DNA of 64,000 nt from an uncultured Candidatus Bathyarchaeia archaeon (GTDB lineage Archaea > Thermoproteota > Bathyarchaeia > Bathyarchaeales > Bathycorpusculaceae), in NCBI GenBank assembly GCA_964527165.1, contig CAZGNE010000006.1, positions 1,601-65,600 of the forward strand. Direction: 5' to 3'. The translations under genes were made by a program, and so were the position numbers. Below are positions 35,994 through 45,375 of the stretch, piece by piece. Position 1 is the first letter of the stretch. Each line of letters starts with the position of its first letter. The notes below the pieces were generated by a model. It saw nothing but the letters and a program-made list of their open reading frames with translations, was not told the origin of the DNA and did no database searches.

Positions 35994-37679
35994 TTGAAGA
36001 GAATGAACCGATCAGAAGAAAGTTTGATGAAACAAAAAATCGCATACTTCTCTATGGAAATTGGCTTGTCAAACGACATTCACACCTATAGCGGAGGTCT
36101 CGGTGTACTCGCCGGCGACACTATAAGATCCAGCGCTGATCTAAATCTCCCTCTAGTAGGAGTAACGCTAGTCAGCAAGAAAGGATATTTTAGACAAGAG
36201 TTGACGCCAGAAGGGCGTCAGATAGAGCACCAAAATCCGTGGGAGCCTTCAAAATTTACGCGGCAACTTCCAGCGGAGGCTACAGTACAAATTCAGAACA
36301 GAGATGTTAGAGTTAAAAGTTGGCTTTGCAACATAGAAAGTCAGACGGGCGGCACTGTGCCTGTCTATCTTCTGGACACTGATGTGGAGGGGAACAATCC
36401 TGAAGACAGAGAAATCACCTCTTTCCTGTATGGCGGAGATGAAAAATACCGTCTTAAACAAGAGATTGTTCTAGGCATTGGCGGTGTAAGAATACTTGAA
36501 AAACTAGGACTTGACATTCGCAAGTACCACTTGAACGAAGGGCACTCAAGTCTCCTAGCTCTGGAGTTGTTACGAAGGCATGAAATGAACGTAGGCAACG
36601 TTAGAGATCTATGTATCTTCACGACGCATACTCCGGTTGAGGCAGGACATGACAAATTCTCCTACGACCTCGTTCATGAAATGCTCGGCGAATTTGTTCC
36701 ATTTGAAACTTTGAAAGAACTAGGCGGTCAAGACCGGCTAAACATGACTCTTCTAGCCCTCAATTTGAGCAACTATGTCAACGGCGTAGCTAAGAAACAC
36801 CGAGAATCTTCCCTAAAGATGTTTCCTGGCTATGAAATTCACGCGATCACCAATGGCATTCACTCCTACACATGGACCTGTGAAAGCTTCAAGAAAATAT
36901 ACGACAAGTACATTCCAGGATGGGCGCATGAACCCGAAATGTTTGCAAGAGTTGACATCATCCCAGATGGAGATATTGGGCTGGCTCATGAAGAAGCAAA
37001 GAAGACTCTAGTTGATTATGTCAACGAAATAACACATATTGGAATGGATTATGATACGTTAACCATCGGATTTGCTCGAAGAGCCACTGAATATAAAAGG
37101 GCAACCCTGCTGTTTTCAGACCTGGAAAAACTGAAAAAAGCAAACAGAAGAGGAAAGCTGCAATTAATTTTTGCTGGAAAAGCTCATCCAAGAGACGAAG
37201 CGGGTAAGAAACTGATTCAACAAATCTTCAATCACATTAAGATTCTGAAAGACGAGATCAAAATTGCTTATTTGAATGATTATGACATGAACGTTGCAAC
37301 TAAGCTGGTTTCCGGCGTTGATGTTTGGCTTAACACTCCATTACCGCCCAAAGAAGCTTCGGGCACAAGTGGCATGAAGGCAGCCCACAACGGTGTGATA
37401 AACTTCAGCGCTTTAGACGGTTGGTGGATCGAAGGCTGGATTGAAGGTGTCACAGGCTGGGCAATAGGACCGTCTCCGGAAGAACATGTTTCTAACGAAG
37501 AACGCTACATTAGAGAATTGGATGATCTGTACAACAAGTTGGAATACATAATTATTCCGATGTTTTACACTAGAAGAGATCAATGGATAAGGATTATGAA
37601 GAATTCTATTGGAAAAATCGCATGTTATTTCAACAGCCACTCGATGATGCGCAGATACGTGACCGAGGCGTACCTATAG
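35994..37679 (+). CDS. glgP: alpha-glucan (glycogen/maltodextrin) phosphorylase, GT35 short archaeal type
   Basis: 561-aa ORF. KIAYFSMEIG N-terminus, PLP-lysine region EASGTSGMKAAHNG. The likelier start is the ATG at 36027 (MKQKIAYF). Confidence 0.88.
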   Translation: MKRMNRSEESLMKQKIAYFSMEIGLSNDIHTYSGGLGVLAGDTIRSSADLNLPLVGVTLVSKKGYFRQELTPEGRQIEHQNPWEPSKFTRQLPAEATVQIQNRDVRVKSWLCNIESQTGGTVPVYLLDTDVEGNNPEDREITSFLYGGDEKYRLKQEIVLGIGGVRILEKLGLDIRKYHLNEGHSSLLALELLRRHEMNVGNVRDLCIFTTHTPVEAGHDKFSYDLVHEMLGEFVPFETLKELGGQDRLNMTLLALNLSNYVNGVAKKHRESSLKMFPGYEIHAITNGIHSYTWTCESFKKIYDKYIPGWAHEPEMFARVDIIPDGDIGLAHEEAKKTLVDYVNEITHIGMDYDTLTIGFARRATEYKRATLLFSDLEKLKKANRRGKLQLIFAGKAHPRDEAGKKLIQQIFNHIKILKDEIKIAYLNDYDMNVATKLVSGVDVWLNTPLPPKEASGTSGMKAAHNGVINFSALDGWWIEGWIEGVTGWAIGPSPEEHVSNEERYIRELDDLYNKLEYIIIPMFYTRRDQWIRIMKNSIGKIACYFNSHSMMRRYVTEAYL

Positions 37680-37911
37680 CTTACTGGTGAACAATCAGCA
37701 TGGAATTACTTTCATGTTCGATCGAAAATGCTCCTATGAAGGCTGCAGAAGATAATCTATTGCAACAAATGTTGACAAAAAAGCTGACTTCCTCCAGACT
37801 GATAATACGTAACAATCAGTCAACTATCCCTCAAAAAGCAATTTTCTTACGAACCTCAAAACCACTATGGGCAGAATCCGCACAAACGCTGAATATGCAA
37901 GCGAATCCATT

Positions 37912-38589
37912 TCATTTTGAGAATCTGTCATTCTTCCATACGTCTGCAATGTCGCTGTAGCCTCTAACCTCCCAGTAACCTAACTTTTTCTGCACGGTGA
38001 AATTCATCCGAGTAAGCCACAAGGCACTTTTATATGCATATTTACCTGGCACAACCAGCCGCAAAGGAAACCCGTAACCTACTTCAAGCGGTTTGCCATC
38101 AAGCCTATAGGCTAAAAGAACATCGTCGTGTGAAAGTTCTTCCAGCGTTAGCGATGTCGTATAACCATCGGCACAATCGAAAGTAACAAATTTCGCGGAT
38201 TCCTTTGGCACCACCAAATCGAAGATAGTTTTCAGCTTGACCCCCTTCCATCGGCAACCAAGCACACTCCAACCCTCAACACAGTGAAAATCACTCACCG
38301 ATTCCACCTTCGGAAGCTTTAAAAACTCTTCCCAATGCAACCTCAAGGGGTTTTTAACTTCTCCGTCTATTATCAAAACCCATGTGTTCAAGTCAATCTT
38401 CGGAATTTCTCTTGTAATTCCAGGATGGTCTGTGCCCCATCTCAACAATCGCTTAATAGGAAATTGACCCGGCGGAAGATCTTCACTCTTTGACGACATA
38501 GTCGTTCGTGAAGTTCTACCCGCCTGTGAGAAGATAAGCCTTGCCCAAAAAGACTTCGACAAAGCACAACACGGGTTGTATGGGTTCAC
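37912..38589 (-). CDS. molybdopterin-binding oxidoreductase (sulfite-oxidase/YedY-like domain)
   Basis: SDFHCVEGWSVLGCRWKGVKL and LAYRLDGKPL...GFPLRLVVPGKYAYKS are typical of the Oxidored_molyb fold. The likelier start is the ATG at 38499 (MSSKSED...). Confidence 0.8.
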   Translation of the reverse strand: MNPYNPCCALSKSFWARLIFSQAGRTSRTTMSSKSEDLPPGQFPIKRLLRWGTDHPGITREIPKIDLNTWVLIIDGEVKNPLRLHWEEFLKLPKVESVSDFHCVEGWSVLGCRWKGVKLKTIFDLVVPKESAKFVTFDCADGYTTSLTLEELSHDDVLLAYRLDGKPLEVGYGFPLRLVVPGKYAYKSALWLTRMNFTVQKKLGYWEVRGYSDIADVWKNDRFSK

Positions 38590-39689
38590 CCAAAAAAACT
38601 TGTCAGTTTTTTCTGGCTTTTCTCTTCTCTAACAAAACCTGTAATTTTGACGCCTATCCTTCTTATCTTAAGCTGAAACTCGTTTACGAATTTTCCAAAT
38701 AATTCTTTAGCGGCTTCTCTAAGAAGAACTGGATCGTTTGTAGGATTTTCGAAAGTCTTAGACCGGCTGTGGCTACTCAGATCAACCATAATAGCCACAA
38801 TGCCTAGCGTTTTGAAGCTGAGTTCTCGTTGCAAAAGCTCAGCGTGAACTTCATTGCATAATTGGTAAGCCTTAACGAGTATTTCGTCTATATCGTTCGT
38901 ATCTTCCTTCAAGGTTGAGATTCGGCTTATAGATGTGATTTCACCCCTCTCCTGAACTGGTTCATAGTCAATCCCCAGCGAAGCATTATGAAAATACATG
39001 CCCAAGCTTTTGCCGAAAACGTCAACCAGTTTCTGCACATCATACTTCGCTAAGTCTCCAATTGTTTCGATGGCCAAGCCCTGCATTCTTTCTTGGGTTT
39101 TGATTCCAACGCCGACAAGACGGTTTACAGGCAACGAAGCCAAAAAGCTTTCAACTTGTTTCGACTCGACTATCGTCAATCCATCAGGCTTTTGAATGTC
39201 AGCAGCTATCTTAGCGACGAGCTTGTTGGGTCCGACTCCGATTGAGCAAGTGAGATTTTGCCGAGTCTTGACTTCTTCCTTTATCCTTAATGCTAAGCTT
39301 TCTGCTTTTTCGAAGTTTGCATTAACCTTTTGACTTACGTCCAAATATGCTTCATCTATTCCAACTTGTTCAAAACGATCCGCAAACTCTCTCAGAATAT
39401 TCATTATTTTCTCTGAGACTTCTTCATAGAAAGCGTGGTCTACAGATAGAAAAACAGCCTCAGTGTCTTGTAGTCTTTTCTTTGCCAAAGCAATGGAAAT
39501 TCCTGATTTGACTCCATATTCCCGCGCTATATAATTTGCCGTGCTCACGGCTCCGCTGTCTTCGCTGCGACCCGAATACACGCATACAACTATTGGCTTG
39601 CCTCTTATGTGGGGGTTCCGCATCTCTTCAACCTGTGCAAAAAAATAGTCTAAATCCACCAGCATTATTATCCTGTTTTCCAACGACAA
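38586..39689 (-). CDS. dinB: Y-family DNA polymerase IV (Dpo4/Dbh-like)
   Basis: 367-aa ORF. MLVDLDYFFAQVEE, GIDEAYLDVS, HhH LPVNRLVGVGIKT. Confidence 0.93.
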   Translation of the reverse strand: MSLENRIIMLVDLDYFFAQVEEMRNPHIRGKPIVVCVYSGRSEDSGAVSTANYIAREYGVKSGISIALAKKRLQDTEAVFLSVDHAFYEEVSEKIMNILREFADRFEQVGIDEAYLDVSQKVNANFEKAESLALRIKEEVKTRQNLTCSIGVGPNKLVAKIAADIQKPDGLTIVESKQVESFLASLPVNRLVGVGIKTQERMQGLAIETIGDLAKYDVQKLVDVFGKSLGMYFHNASLGIDYEPVQERGEITSISRISTLKEDTNDIDEILVKAYQLCNEVHAELLQRELSFKTLGIVAIMVDLSSHSRSKTFENPTNDPVLLREAAKELFGKFVNEFQLKIRRIGVKITGFVREEKSQKKLTSFFG

Positions 39690-39785
39690 GATCCCCCAGA
39701 AAACAAGGATAAACGTGGCAATTTACGTTTTTCTACTATATACCTGTTGAATTACCCAGAATATGCAAAGATTGAATATTGGAAA

Positions 39786-40169
39786 CTAGCGTTTGGTCAT
39801 CTGCAGCTTCAACTTTTTTCCTTCACGATCGTATATTGCCACGTTTTCCTCACTTGCGTAAGGAAAACCTACAATCATGAGAATGCTTCCGAAGAAATGG
39901 TTTAGGTCTTCGGGCGAAGGCTTCAAGTTTCCAGAAGGATGCGAATGCGTCGTCCCAACAATTGAAAAATCGATAGGCAACATATGCAAAGGCAGACTTG
40001 CAAAACCCTCACCATAAGTTGCAAGCGGAGGAACGACAAGCTCAAAAACCCTAATTACACCCCTTGTCTTCTTACCCCTAAGCAGCAGAATTGTCTCTTT
40101 CGGATGAAGCCATCGAGCACCTTCAAGAATTGTACGCATCAATTCTCCATCAATTTCGACAACACTCAT
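39786..40169 (-). CDS. JAB1/MPN (JAMM) metalloprotease domain protein
   Basis: 127-aa ORF with JAMM motif HSHPSGNLKPSPEDL (HxHx7Sx2D) and an upstream Glu. Confidence 0.85.
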   Translation of the reverse strand: MSVVEIDGELMRTILEGARWLHPKETILLLRGKKTRGVIRVFELVVPPLATYGEGFASLPLHMLPIDFSIVGTTHSHPSGNLKPSPEDLNHFFGSILMIVGFPYASEENVAIYDREGKKLKLQMTKR

Positions 40170-40382
40170 ATGCGAAAACAGACATCTTCAATCCTAATTA
40201 GTCTTACCAACAATCTCTGTTAGTATGGAATCATCCACAAGAGCTTGTAGTGAGGTTAAATGTATATCAGGTCTGAAACATCACTAAGAACAATAGAGGC
40301 AGGTTCGCAAGGCAGCTGTTGGGCGAAAGACAAAAATCAACCCTAAGCCAAATTAGAACACTAATCACAGGAAGCGCTTTCC

Positions 40383-41177
40383 ATGGACAATTGGCGATTA
40401 CTGAAGCTCGAAACATACGACGCATATACAAACATGGCCATTGATGAAGCCGCATTGAACGCTAGAATCACTGGTCATGTTCCTAATACTGTAAGGTTTT
40501 ATCGATGGAACCCATCTGCAGTTTCTATTGGCAAGTTTCAAAGCATGGAAAACGAGGTCCATCTTGACAATTGCAGGCTCAACAGCATAGACGTTGTGAG
40601 GCGCATCACAGGCGGTGGCACGGTCTATCATGACACCGGGAACGAGATAACCTACAGTATCATAATTGAAAAAAACGCTATGCATACGCAAGACATAGCA
40701 TTTATTTATGCAAAGATATATGCGGGCTTAACCGAAGGTCTAAGGATTTTAGGAATAACTGCTGATTATGGCGATGGAAACGCAAAAACTTGTCCGAACC
40801 TCACGGTTAGAGGCCGAAAAATATCAGGCAGCGCCCAATCGCACAAAAGTGGAGTAGTTTTGCAGCATGGCACCCTTCTTTTGGATGTGTGTTTGGAGAA
40901 GATGTTCGATTTATTACGGGTTCCGTGGGCAAAGACGTGCATGGAAGTCGTCAATGTTGCCAAAAATAAAATCACCTCCATAAAAGACGAAATAGGAAAA
41001 GACATTTCGATAGAACAAGTGAACATGGCATTGATTGAAGGTTTTCAAAAAGCTCTAAACGTAAAACTCGTAGAAGGATGTCTGACAGCTTATGAACGTG
41101 AACTTGCAGAAAAACTGCGCAAGACGAAATATGCAACTAGCGAATGGAACTTCCAAGTTGAAAATTCGGCAATCTAG
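40383..41177 (+). CDS. lplA: lipoate-protein ligase A, catalytic N-terminal-domain type
   Basis: 264-aa ORF. RRITGGGTVYHD, GRKISGSAQ. Its length corresponds to the two-component archaeal LplA-N form. No LplB-like small gene is adjacent. Confidence 0.88.
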   Translation: MDNWRLLKLETYDAYTNMAIDEAALNARITGHVPNTVRFYRWNPSAVSIGKFQSMENEVHLDNCRLNSIDVVRRITGGGTVYHDTGNEITYSIIIEKNAMHTQDIAFIYAKIYAGLTEGLRILGITADYGDGNAKTCPNLTVRGRKISGSAQSHKSGVVLQHGTLLLDVCLEKMFDLLRVPWAKTCMEVVNVAKNKITSIKDEIGKDISIEQVNMALIEGFQKALNVKLVEGCLTAYERELAEKLRKTKYATSEWNFQVENSAI

Positions 41178-42613
41178 CGTTTTTCAACTCGCCATCTGAC
41201 ACCTTGAGAAGTGTCTTCGATTATTATACCCATGGCTTTTAGCTGATTTCTGATGTGGTCTGCGGTCTCCCAATCCTTGGCTTTTCTGGCTTCTTCCCTG
41301 TTTCGAACAAGTTCTTCTGCTTCTTTTGGCAGTTTCTCCAATTTCTCAACTTTGCCAATTACGCCTAGAACTTCGTCAAACCCAATCATCAAGCTGTAAA
41401 CCTTTTTTGCTTCTTCCCTGCTTAACAGATTATCATCGATCAGAATGTTCACGTCTCTGACAAAATTAAAAAGCGTCGCTAATGCAATGCCAATGTTCAA
41501 ATCGTCATCAATAGCCTTTACAAAACCATCCAGTACACGTTGGGTTAGTCGCTTCATCCTTGTTCCAGAGCCTTTACCATCAGCTTCCAGCAATCTACGC
41601 GTGAAGTTTCTCAAGCGGAAAACCGCGTTCTTGGCGGCTTCCAAACCATCGAATGTGAAATTGAGCTGTTGCCTGTAATGGGTTGACATGAGAAGATATC
41701 GAACAGCCATAGGATCATGCCCCAGGTTATCAACCAAATCCCTAACGGTGTAGTAGTTGCCAAACCGTTTACCCATGCGTTTTCCTTCAACGAGCAAATA
41801 CGCACAATGAAGCCAATAATTCACAAGTTTCCTACCAGTTGCCGCTTCGCTCTGGGCAATCTCATTTTCATGGTGTGGAAACATGTTATCCACTCCACCA
41901 GTGTGAATGTCAAATGTTTCGCCCAAGTATTTCATGGACATCGCCGAACATTCAATATGCCAACCAGGTCTTCCGTTTCCAATTTCTGTTTCCCAAAAAA
42001 CATTGCCATCGTCCTCAGTCCAAGCCTTCCATAAGGCAAAATCCTGTGCCTCGGCCTTATCATACTCGTCTACTTTGACTCTCGCGCCAGCCTTTAGCTT
42101 TTCAACCTTGAACTTAGAGAGCTTACCATAATTCCTAAACTTCGAAATATCAAAATATATTGAGCCGTCCTCTCCTCTGTACGCGTAGCCTTTCTCCATT
42201 AACTTCTTGATTAAAGCAACCATCTCGGGGATATGCTCTGTTGCACGTGGGTATCGGTCTGCCTTTTCAATATTTAGTCTTGCCAAATCTTCAAAGAAAG
42301 CCTCTGCAAATTGCTCTGTATGCGCAGCAAGCGACATTTTATACCTTTTTGATGCTGCAATTGTTCGGTCATCAACGTCTGTCAAATTCATAACCTGAAT
42401 AACCTTAAAACCTCGATATTTCAACCATCTGCGCAACAGATCCTCAAAGATGAATGCTCTAAAATTACCTATATGGGCAAAATCATAAACCGTAGGTCCA
42501 CATGTGTACATTTTTACGTTGCCTTTTTCCAAGGGAACAAATCGATCCTTCCTACGTGTCAATGTATTGAAAAACTGGATTTTCTCAGCCGAAGTTTGCA
42601 TCGGATTTCCCAA
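41174..42613 (-). CDS. cysS: cysteine--tRNA ligase
   Basis: 479-aa ORF. MYTCGPTVYDFAHIGN (HIGH-type motif), WHIECS, KMSKS-variant GKRMGKRFGN. Confidence 0.93.
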   Translation of the reverse strand: MGNPMQTSAEKIQFFNTLTRRKDRFVPLEKGNVKMYTCGPTVYDFAHIGNFRAFIFEDLLRRWLKYRGFKVIQVMNLTDVDDRTIAASKRYKMSLAAHTEQFAEAFFEDLARLNIEKADRYPRATEHIPEMVALIKKLMEKGYAYRGEDGSIYFDISKFRNYGKLSKFKVEKLKAGARVKVDEYDKAEAQDFALWKAWTEDDGNVFWETEIGNGRPGWHIECSAMSMKYLGETFDIHTGGVDNMFPHHENEIAQSEAATGRKLVNYWLHCAYLLVEGKRMGKRFGNYYTVRDLVDNLGHDPMAVRYLLMSTHYRQQLNFTFDGLEAAKNAVFRLRNFTRRLLEADGKGSGTRMKRLTQRVLDGFVKAIDDDLNIGIALATLFNFVRDVNILIDDNLLSREEAKKVYSLMIGFDEVLGVIGKVEKLEKLPKEAEELVRNREEARKAKDWETADHIRNQLKAMGIIIEDTSQGVRWRVEKR

Positions 42614-43039
42614 AAAGATGACGCTGGAGAATATTTAAGCCTTCTACTCTAAGCCATCAATCATACCTCTTAAAACGAATCATCTTTCTATAGCTTCGAA
42701 GATCGGCAGCCACTCGCTTGAGAAAATGCAGTTCTTCCATTGTGTTCTGGAAGCTTGCTATCTCTTCTCGAAATCGCCGAACAATTGCATAATCCTCAGG
42801 CATCATTATCACACTCATAAAAGGGCTTTTGGAGGGCTTTCATCGTTTATTGGCCAACCTCCTAGCCACTTCCGTAATCGAGGAGAAAGGAGAAGGCTTC
42901 GAAAACGGAAAAAACCTCGGATGGCTATTAGTGGTTTTGCCTTCAACCTTGGCCCTCCAGTGTCTCGTAAGACTTAAGATAAAAGTCTCATATAAAAATG
43001 TTACTGATTGACACTAACGTAGAAAAGTTCGCTAGATGA

Positions 43040-43594
43040 TCAGCCTATTGCTAAGATACCTTCCAGAATTCTCTTTTCATCAACACTCAGCTGGGTTGAG
43101 AGCCAAATCTTCAAGAGCGAAAGAACCTTTGGGACTTCGCCACTGTATGTTATGATTTGGTCATTCTTCAAAGCGTCAACCTGAAAAGTCCTCTCTGCTT
43201 CTCTATACAAGAAGGATAGGGTTTGAGCATGATGGGCGAGGGTAAGAAAATCCTCCCATTGCTTGCAACGCAAGATCACAGGTGGACCTCGAACATCTCT
43301 TTTTTGCTCTGTCTCCCCACTCCGTGGAGAAACTTGGGGAGTAAAAATCTGAGCTGGTTCGTGTGGAGTTGACAAATAGGATATCAAGTTTGCTATTTCA
43401 TTCTGCAAATTGCCCAGTCTTTCTTCAACCTTCTCCACTTTTACGCTCAGTTCTCCAGTATCACCCATTTTCTCAGTTATTGTGCCTAGCTCGTGAATTA
43501 ATCTGTCCAAGTCTTTCTCATGCTCTTTCAGGACATTCACAATAAAATCTATAGCTTCTAACGCTTCATCTCTTGGTGGTGACTTCTTGGACAT
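43040..43594 (-). CDS. hypothetical protein with N-terminal coiled coil
   Basis: 184-aa ORF with no recognisable motif. Divergent from the GS-like gene. Confidence 0.5.
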   Translation of the reverse strand: MSKKSPPRDEALEAIDFIVNVLKEHEKDLDRLIHELGTITEKMGDTGELSVKVEKVEERLGNLQNEIANLISYLSTPHEPAQIFTPQVSPRSGETEQKRDVRGPPVILRCKQWEDFLTLAHHAQTLSFLYREAERTFQVDALKNDQIITYSGEVPKVLSLLKIWLSTQLSVDEKRILEGILAIG

Positions 43595-43766
43595 TGCTCA
43601 ACCTTTCCTTTAGCCTATCAATATTATACTCTATAGATAAACGTAGCGAATCCTCAAAACTTATCCACATGAAGACATATCCATATTTATTTACAATTAA
43701 AACTCAAATGGGAGAGTTAAAATATCTGCTTTTGAAATGATCTAGATGCTAATATGAGGCTGATGG

Positions 43767-45188
43767 TTGATGCACGGACTGAACTTCTCTCGAAGAGAGG
43801 AAATTGTAAAATTTGTTTCAGAAAATGGTATCCGAATTCTTAATCTGTGTCATATTCCAGAAGATGGACGACTAAGAACTTTAAGCTTCTCTGCTACGAA
43901 TATGGAGCGAGTAAACGATGTTTTGGAATATGGTGAAAGAGTTGATGGATCAAACTTGTTTTCATTCATCGAGCCGGGAAAAAGCGACATTTACATCCAG
44001 CCTAGGCTGGACAGTGGTTTCATGAACCCCTTTTCAAAGCTGTCAACGTTGAATCTCCTATGCGACTATCTAGATGAAAACGGATTGCCGCTGGATGTCG
44101 CTCCGAGGAATGTTTTGGCTAGAGCTGAAGAGCGGTTAGGCGCTTCTCATGGTGTTGTTCTCAAGGCTTTGGCTGAACTTGAATTCTACATAATGGCAAA
44201 ACAAGGAATTGATGTACTTTTTTCTGGGCAGTCTGACAGGAACTATCACGACTCGGCCCCATTTACGAAGTTTGAAGATGTGAGAAACGAGATTCTGGCA
44301 ACATTGGCTGACGTTGGAATTGCCAGTAAGTATGGGCACAGTGAAGTCGGTCGAATACTGGACAAAGACAACACGCTTATAGAGCAACATGAAGTGGAGT
44401 TTATGCCGCAGAATTTGGCTGAAACAGCGGATGATGTTGCTATTGCAAAGTGGGTTGTCCGAAATGTGTGTGCAAGACACGGCTTGTCAGTGTCATTCAT
44501 TCCCAAATTGGCGCTAGAACATGCCGGGACTGGAATGCATATTCACCTTTGTGCATTGAGAAAAGGTGAGAACATTGTTGCAAATTCAAAAGAAACTTTG
44601 AGCTCTGAAGGGTTATCAATCATTGGCGGAATCTTGAAACTTGCATCGAGTCTTTCGGCTTTTGGTAATCCAACTCCTATCTCGTATTTCCGTTTTATTG
44701 CACAAAAAGAGTCGCCAATGCACATTTGCTGGAGCGCCAAGAACCGTCTAGCCTTAATACGGATACCCTTGTGGTGGACTTTCAAACAGAAACATGCAGC
44801 GAAAGACTCTTGTCGAGAGACATTCGAATATAGAGCTCCAGACGCCTTCGCAAACGCATATCTGCTCCTTGCTGGCATCACAATAGCCGCTAACTATGGC
44901 CTAGAAAACCCAGAAGAGGCAATAAAAATTGCTGAAAACTTGCATACTGAAACTGCAGATGAGAAGCAAAAGAAGCTTGAGTTATTACCCCACTCTTGTA
45001 GCGAAGGCGCAGAAAACCTTGAGAAAGATAGACAATACTATGAAGCTTATGGCATTTTTTCCGCAAGGTTGATTGACAAGACAATTGAGAAACTGAAAGC
45101 CTATCAAGACAAGGACTTATGGAAGCGACTGACGCATAAACCTGATGAAATTGAAAACCTATTAAGGCAATATCACCATTATGGTTGA
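43767..45188 (+). CDS. glutamine synthetase family protein (divergent GS-like)
   Basis: 473-aa ORF. GS catalytic-domain pattern KYGHSEVG...QHEVEF, AGTGMHIHL, and NRLALIRIP (the NRSA..RIP region). Confidence 0.75.
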   Translation: MMHGLNFSRREEIVKFVSENGIRILNLCHIPEDGRLRTLSFSATNMERVNDVLEYGERVDGSNLFSFIEPGKSDIYIQPRLDSGFMNPFSKLSTLNLLCDYLDENGLPLDVAPRNVLARAEERLGASHGVVLKALAELEFYIMAKQGIDVLFSGQSDRNYHDSAPFTKFEDVRNEILATLADVGIASKYGHSEVGRILDKDNTLIEQHEVEFMPQNLAETADDVAIAKWVVRNVCARHGLSVSFIPKLALEHAGTGMHIHLCALRKGENIVANSKETLSSEGLSIIGGILKLASSLSAFGNPTPISYFRFIAQKESPMHICWSAKNRLALIRIPLWWTFKQKHAAKDSCRETFEYRAPDAFANAYLLLAGITIAANYGLENPEEAIKIAENLHTETADEKQKKLELLPHSCSEGAENLEKDRQYYEAYGIFSARLIDKTIEKLKAYQDKDLWKRLTHKPDEIENLLRQYHHYG

Positions 45189-45248
45189 TCTAAAGAAACG
45201 CTTATAGGCTTTTTTCAATGTTAAAGTTTCGGAAAACAAAGCCTTTGC

Positions 45249-45323
45249 GGGCGGGTAGATCAGTTTGGTATGATCGCCACGTTGGCATCGTGGAGGTCGC
45301 GGGTTCAAATCCCGCCCCGTCCA
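45249..45323 (+). tRNA. tRNA-Ala (anticodon GGC)
   Basis: 75-nt cloverleaf. Acceptor GGGCGGG/CCCGTCC with the G3:U70 alanine identity pair, anticodon stem CCACG/CGTGG with loop TT-GGC-AT, T-arm GCGGG-TTCAAAT-CCCGC. No encoded CCA. Confidence 0.92.
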
Positions 45324-45351
45324 CTATACGCCACTAGGACGATAATTTTCG

Positions 45352-45359
45352 TTTTTTTT
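45352..45359 (+). terminator. oligo-T tract (archaeal-type terminator) after tRNA-Ala
   Basis: T8 run 29 nt downstream of the tRNA 3' end. Confidence 0.45.
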
Positions 45360-45375
45360 GTGTTTCAGCAAGCAT

